DNA of 63,995 nucleotides, counting the filler, from Bigelowiella natans CCMP2755 (taxonomy: Eukaryota > Protista > Cercozoa), in NCBI GenBank assembly GCA_000320545.1. It is 6 parts of 6 records of this genome, joined end to end, with 100 filler letters (N's around TTAATTAATTAA, not from the genome) between each part and the next. Parts side by side here need not be neighbours in the genome. Positions count along the whole stretch, not along the records: positions 61,265 to 62,664 come from ADNK01003712.1; positions 62,765 to 63,995 come from ADNK01001050.1; 4 more parts are not named here. One strand, written 5' to 3'. How positions within the stretch are numbered: the first letter of the stretch is position 1; every line of letters begins with the position of its first letter. A program made the position numbers and the translations under genes. Of the stretch, positions 61,465-63,995 are shown piece by piece. The notes beneath the pieces were generated by a model, which saw only the letters and a list, made by a program, of their open reading frames with translations, ran no database searches and was not told the DNA's origin.

Positions 61465-62524
61465 TTATAAGCGACGAAGACGAGGCAGAGGACGACGATG
61501 ACGCAGAATGCGCCCTCGACTCGTTTCTTCTACTACTCCTTTTGCCAATTTCTTCATCGCCTCCCCCCCTCTCTCCTCCTCCTCCACTCTGGCCTCTCTC
61601 CCGCACAAGGAGGTGATTGTAACACTTAACGTACTGCCCAGAGATGTAGGCCTCCTACGATGCAAAAGGGAAATCGTCTCAGTGCTGCATCGAGGTGTAT
61701 GATAAGGAAGGAAGGTGGGGGGGGGGGGGGGATTGCTTTGCAATCGCTCACTCGTCGCCATTCAATCATCGATGAAACATCTGCAAATAATATACCTGTG
61801 CTATGATGCCAGAGGGCTTGATCTTGTTCGTGCCGTTGTCGGAGCATGCTGCCCCTCCACTAGGAAGAAGAGGTTCGGGATCGAGATCCGTGAAGGCGGT
61901 AGGGGAGAGGGGGGGAGGGGGGGGGGGGGGGTATGGAGGTTCAATAATATCGAGAGAACGAAAGCTGTTTAGTATATAACAAAGAGAGAGAACTCTCCAG
62001 TCGAGGGTTTGAATCATAATAATGATAATACGTTTGGCTGAGGCAGAGGTATTTGCGCTTCCACTGATGCAGCTCTTGCTCAAACCCTTCACGACTCCGA
62101 AGATACGCTGAGAATACCGATGAAACAACGCACCGCATTAGACAAGGTGAGCTTCAAATCCACACGCAAACACACACACACACGCACACACACACACACA
62201 CACTCACACAAATCACAATTAAACCTGGAAGCTTGGAAGAAGTCTCGCGAGACGCCTTACCGCCCTACAAGAAACAAGCAACAAACAAGCTTGGATATAA
62301 TGGCTGAAACCCTTGAATGCGAGAGGTTTTTGTGCAGATGAAGGCAAAGCTGTCTAAGCGATACGATAAGGACACATCCTCCGTTGGCAAATTTACATTT
62401 TCATGGTGTTTCACCTTCTTAACAAATCTCTCTTTAAAGACAAAGTGACAGTTGTTCAATGCCATATGATCAAATCCATCACGCCCCGCCCCTCCTTCCC
62501 CCACACCTTACCCTCTCTTTCTCT

Positions 62525-62597
<73 letters not shown>

Positions 62598-62664
62598 CAT
62601 CTCTTCAAAGATTTGCTGCTGGAGAGACTTATCACTGAGAATTGCTATGGTTCTTCGATCAAAT
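61465..62664 (-). CDS. Internal fragment of a hypothetical multi-exon gene
   Basis: GT-AG-bounded segments, e.g. MALNNCHFVFKERFVKK, LCLHLHKNLSHSRVSAIISKLVCCLFLVGR and RIFGVVKGLSK. No family recognised. Confidence 0.4.
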
Positions 62665-62764
62665 NNNNNNNNNNNNNNNNNNNNNNNNNNNNNNNNNNNN
62701 NNNNNNNNTTAATTAATTAANNNNNNNNNNNNNNNNNNNNNNNNNNNNNNNNNNNNNNNNNNNN
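62665..62764. other. Artificial contig linker
   Basis: N44-TTAATTAATTAA-N44. Confidence 0.97.
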
Positions 62765-62850
62765 CCACTTCCTCTTCTCCTTCCTCCTCTTCATCATCAT
62801 CATCTTCTTCTTCTTCTTCGTTATCGCTCACATGAAACTGCTCACCCCAG

Positions 62851-63515
62851 CTGGGAAGCATCGGCTTGAAGCTGGCATCATCGAAGGCGGCCATGCCTCC
62901 TGTGCAGCTGCCGTCCCTGCTGGAGTCCAAGGAGATGAGAAGCATGCTCGCCAACAGTACAAATAGCAGAGGTGCAGGGGGAGGCAGGGCATTCCTCTCC
63001 ATTCTACTCGCAGGTTGCGTGCACGAGCTTCGACAAGGAGCAGGTGCGGCGCGCGTGTTTGACGTGACGGAAGAGGAGGAGTTTCTGAACGCTCGCATGT
63101 GCAAGCAGAAGCTGCAGCTGCTGCGGCAGCTTGCCACCCCCGTCCACATCGCCTCTGGCTGGGTAGACCCCAGATTACTCGTTGAGGCCGTGGAGATCTG
63201 CTGCCGCGTCCTCGCGTTTGGCAAAAAGAAGAAGAAGAAGAAGGAGAAGGTGAAGAAGAAGAAGGGCAAGGAGGAGGAGCAAGGGGAGATCGAAGCGATG
63301 GTACTGGCTGCAAGCTATGTGGTAAGGAACGCTGCAGAGGCACTAGCAGACCCTGCTTCTCCCCTGCATAGAGAAGAGTCATCGCCCCCTCCGTCCACTG
63401 TCGCTGCGGCAGGAGGAAAAAGAGATCGCGGGGAAGGGGCCGTCGCGCTCATCTACCTTGTCGCGGTGGCTATTGGGGTCATCATCGGTGCTGGAGCCGG
63501 TGATGAGGCGAACAT

Positions 63516-63551
<36 letters not shown>

Positions 63552-63756
63552 CAACGACACCGTGACGGAAAATGGGCTCCTGGCGGCCGCGCATTTGCTG
63601 AACGTGCGCTCTGCAGCCTGGAAGAAGGGCGCGAGGTTTGAGTGGAGGGAGGCCAAAAAGGACACCAAGGCTGGCGGCGAAGGCGGCGCAGGAGGGCTAA
63701 ACATAGAGCAGACCGTGGAGAGCATCTTCGACGTTTCCACACCGGAGCCTGCGAAG
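62851..63756 (+). CDS. Internal exon of a hypothetical (helical-repeat-like) protein
   Basis: About 300-codon GC3-rich open frame bounded by a CAG acceptor (62850) and a GT donor (63757), followed by a microsatellite intron. Confidence 0.55.
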
Positions 63757-63956
63757 GTGCGTGCGTGTGTGTGTGTGTGTGTGTGTTAAAAGAAAGAGGA
63801 TATAAATAATATATATATATATATATATATTATATGTTTTGGGTTGAATGAAGAGGAGGAGGAAAACAGGAAGGGGGGGGGGGTGGATCTTCTCCTCTTC
63901 CTCCCTCCCGGCTGTTGTCGTTTCCCTCATACACAGCCAATACATCACTTTAGATT

Positions 63957-63992
<36 letters not shown>

Positions 63993-63995
63993 GGA

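Overview
Eukaryotic nuclear DNA from a draft assembly: six contig pieces joined by artificial 100-bp N/TTAATTAATTAA/N linkers. Genes are intron-rich (GT-AG) and most introns carry microsatellites. By manual splicing I can support an APC amino-acid permease, a DH-PH-FYVE RhoGEF, a bromodomain 3' end, COQ2, an AFG3-type m-AAA protease, a proline dehydrogenase, a GDA1/CD39 apyrase 3' end, a zeta-toxin-like kinase fused to a HAD phosphatase, a cystathionine beta-synthase 3' end, a CYP97C carotenoid hydroxylase with a bipartite plastid-targeting leader, and several hypothetical proteins. CYP97C plus a signal peptide suggests an alga with a secondary green plastid, such as a chlorarachniophyte (inference). 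The most striking signal is non-coding. The subtelomere and the intergenic DNA downstream of gene 3' ends have lost most TpA dinucleotides. TpG/CpA is in excess, CpG is retained, and surviving TpA sits mostly in CTAG. The adjacent telomere-like array reads (CCCTGA)n rather than (CCCTAA)n, which is what the same rule predicts. This looks like a regional, context-specific TpA->TpG/CpA hypermutation system running in the opposite direction to fungal RIP.
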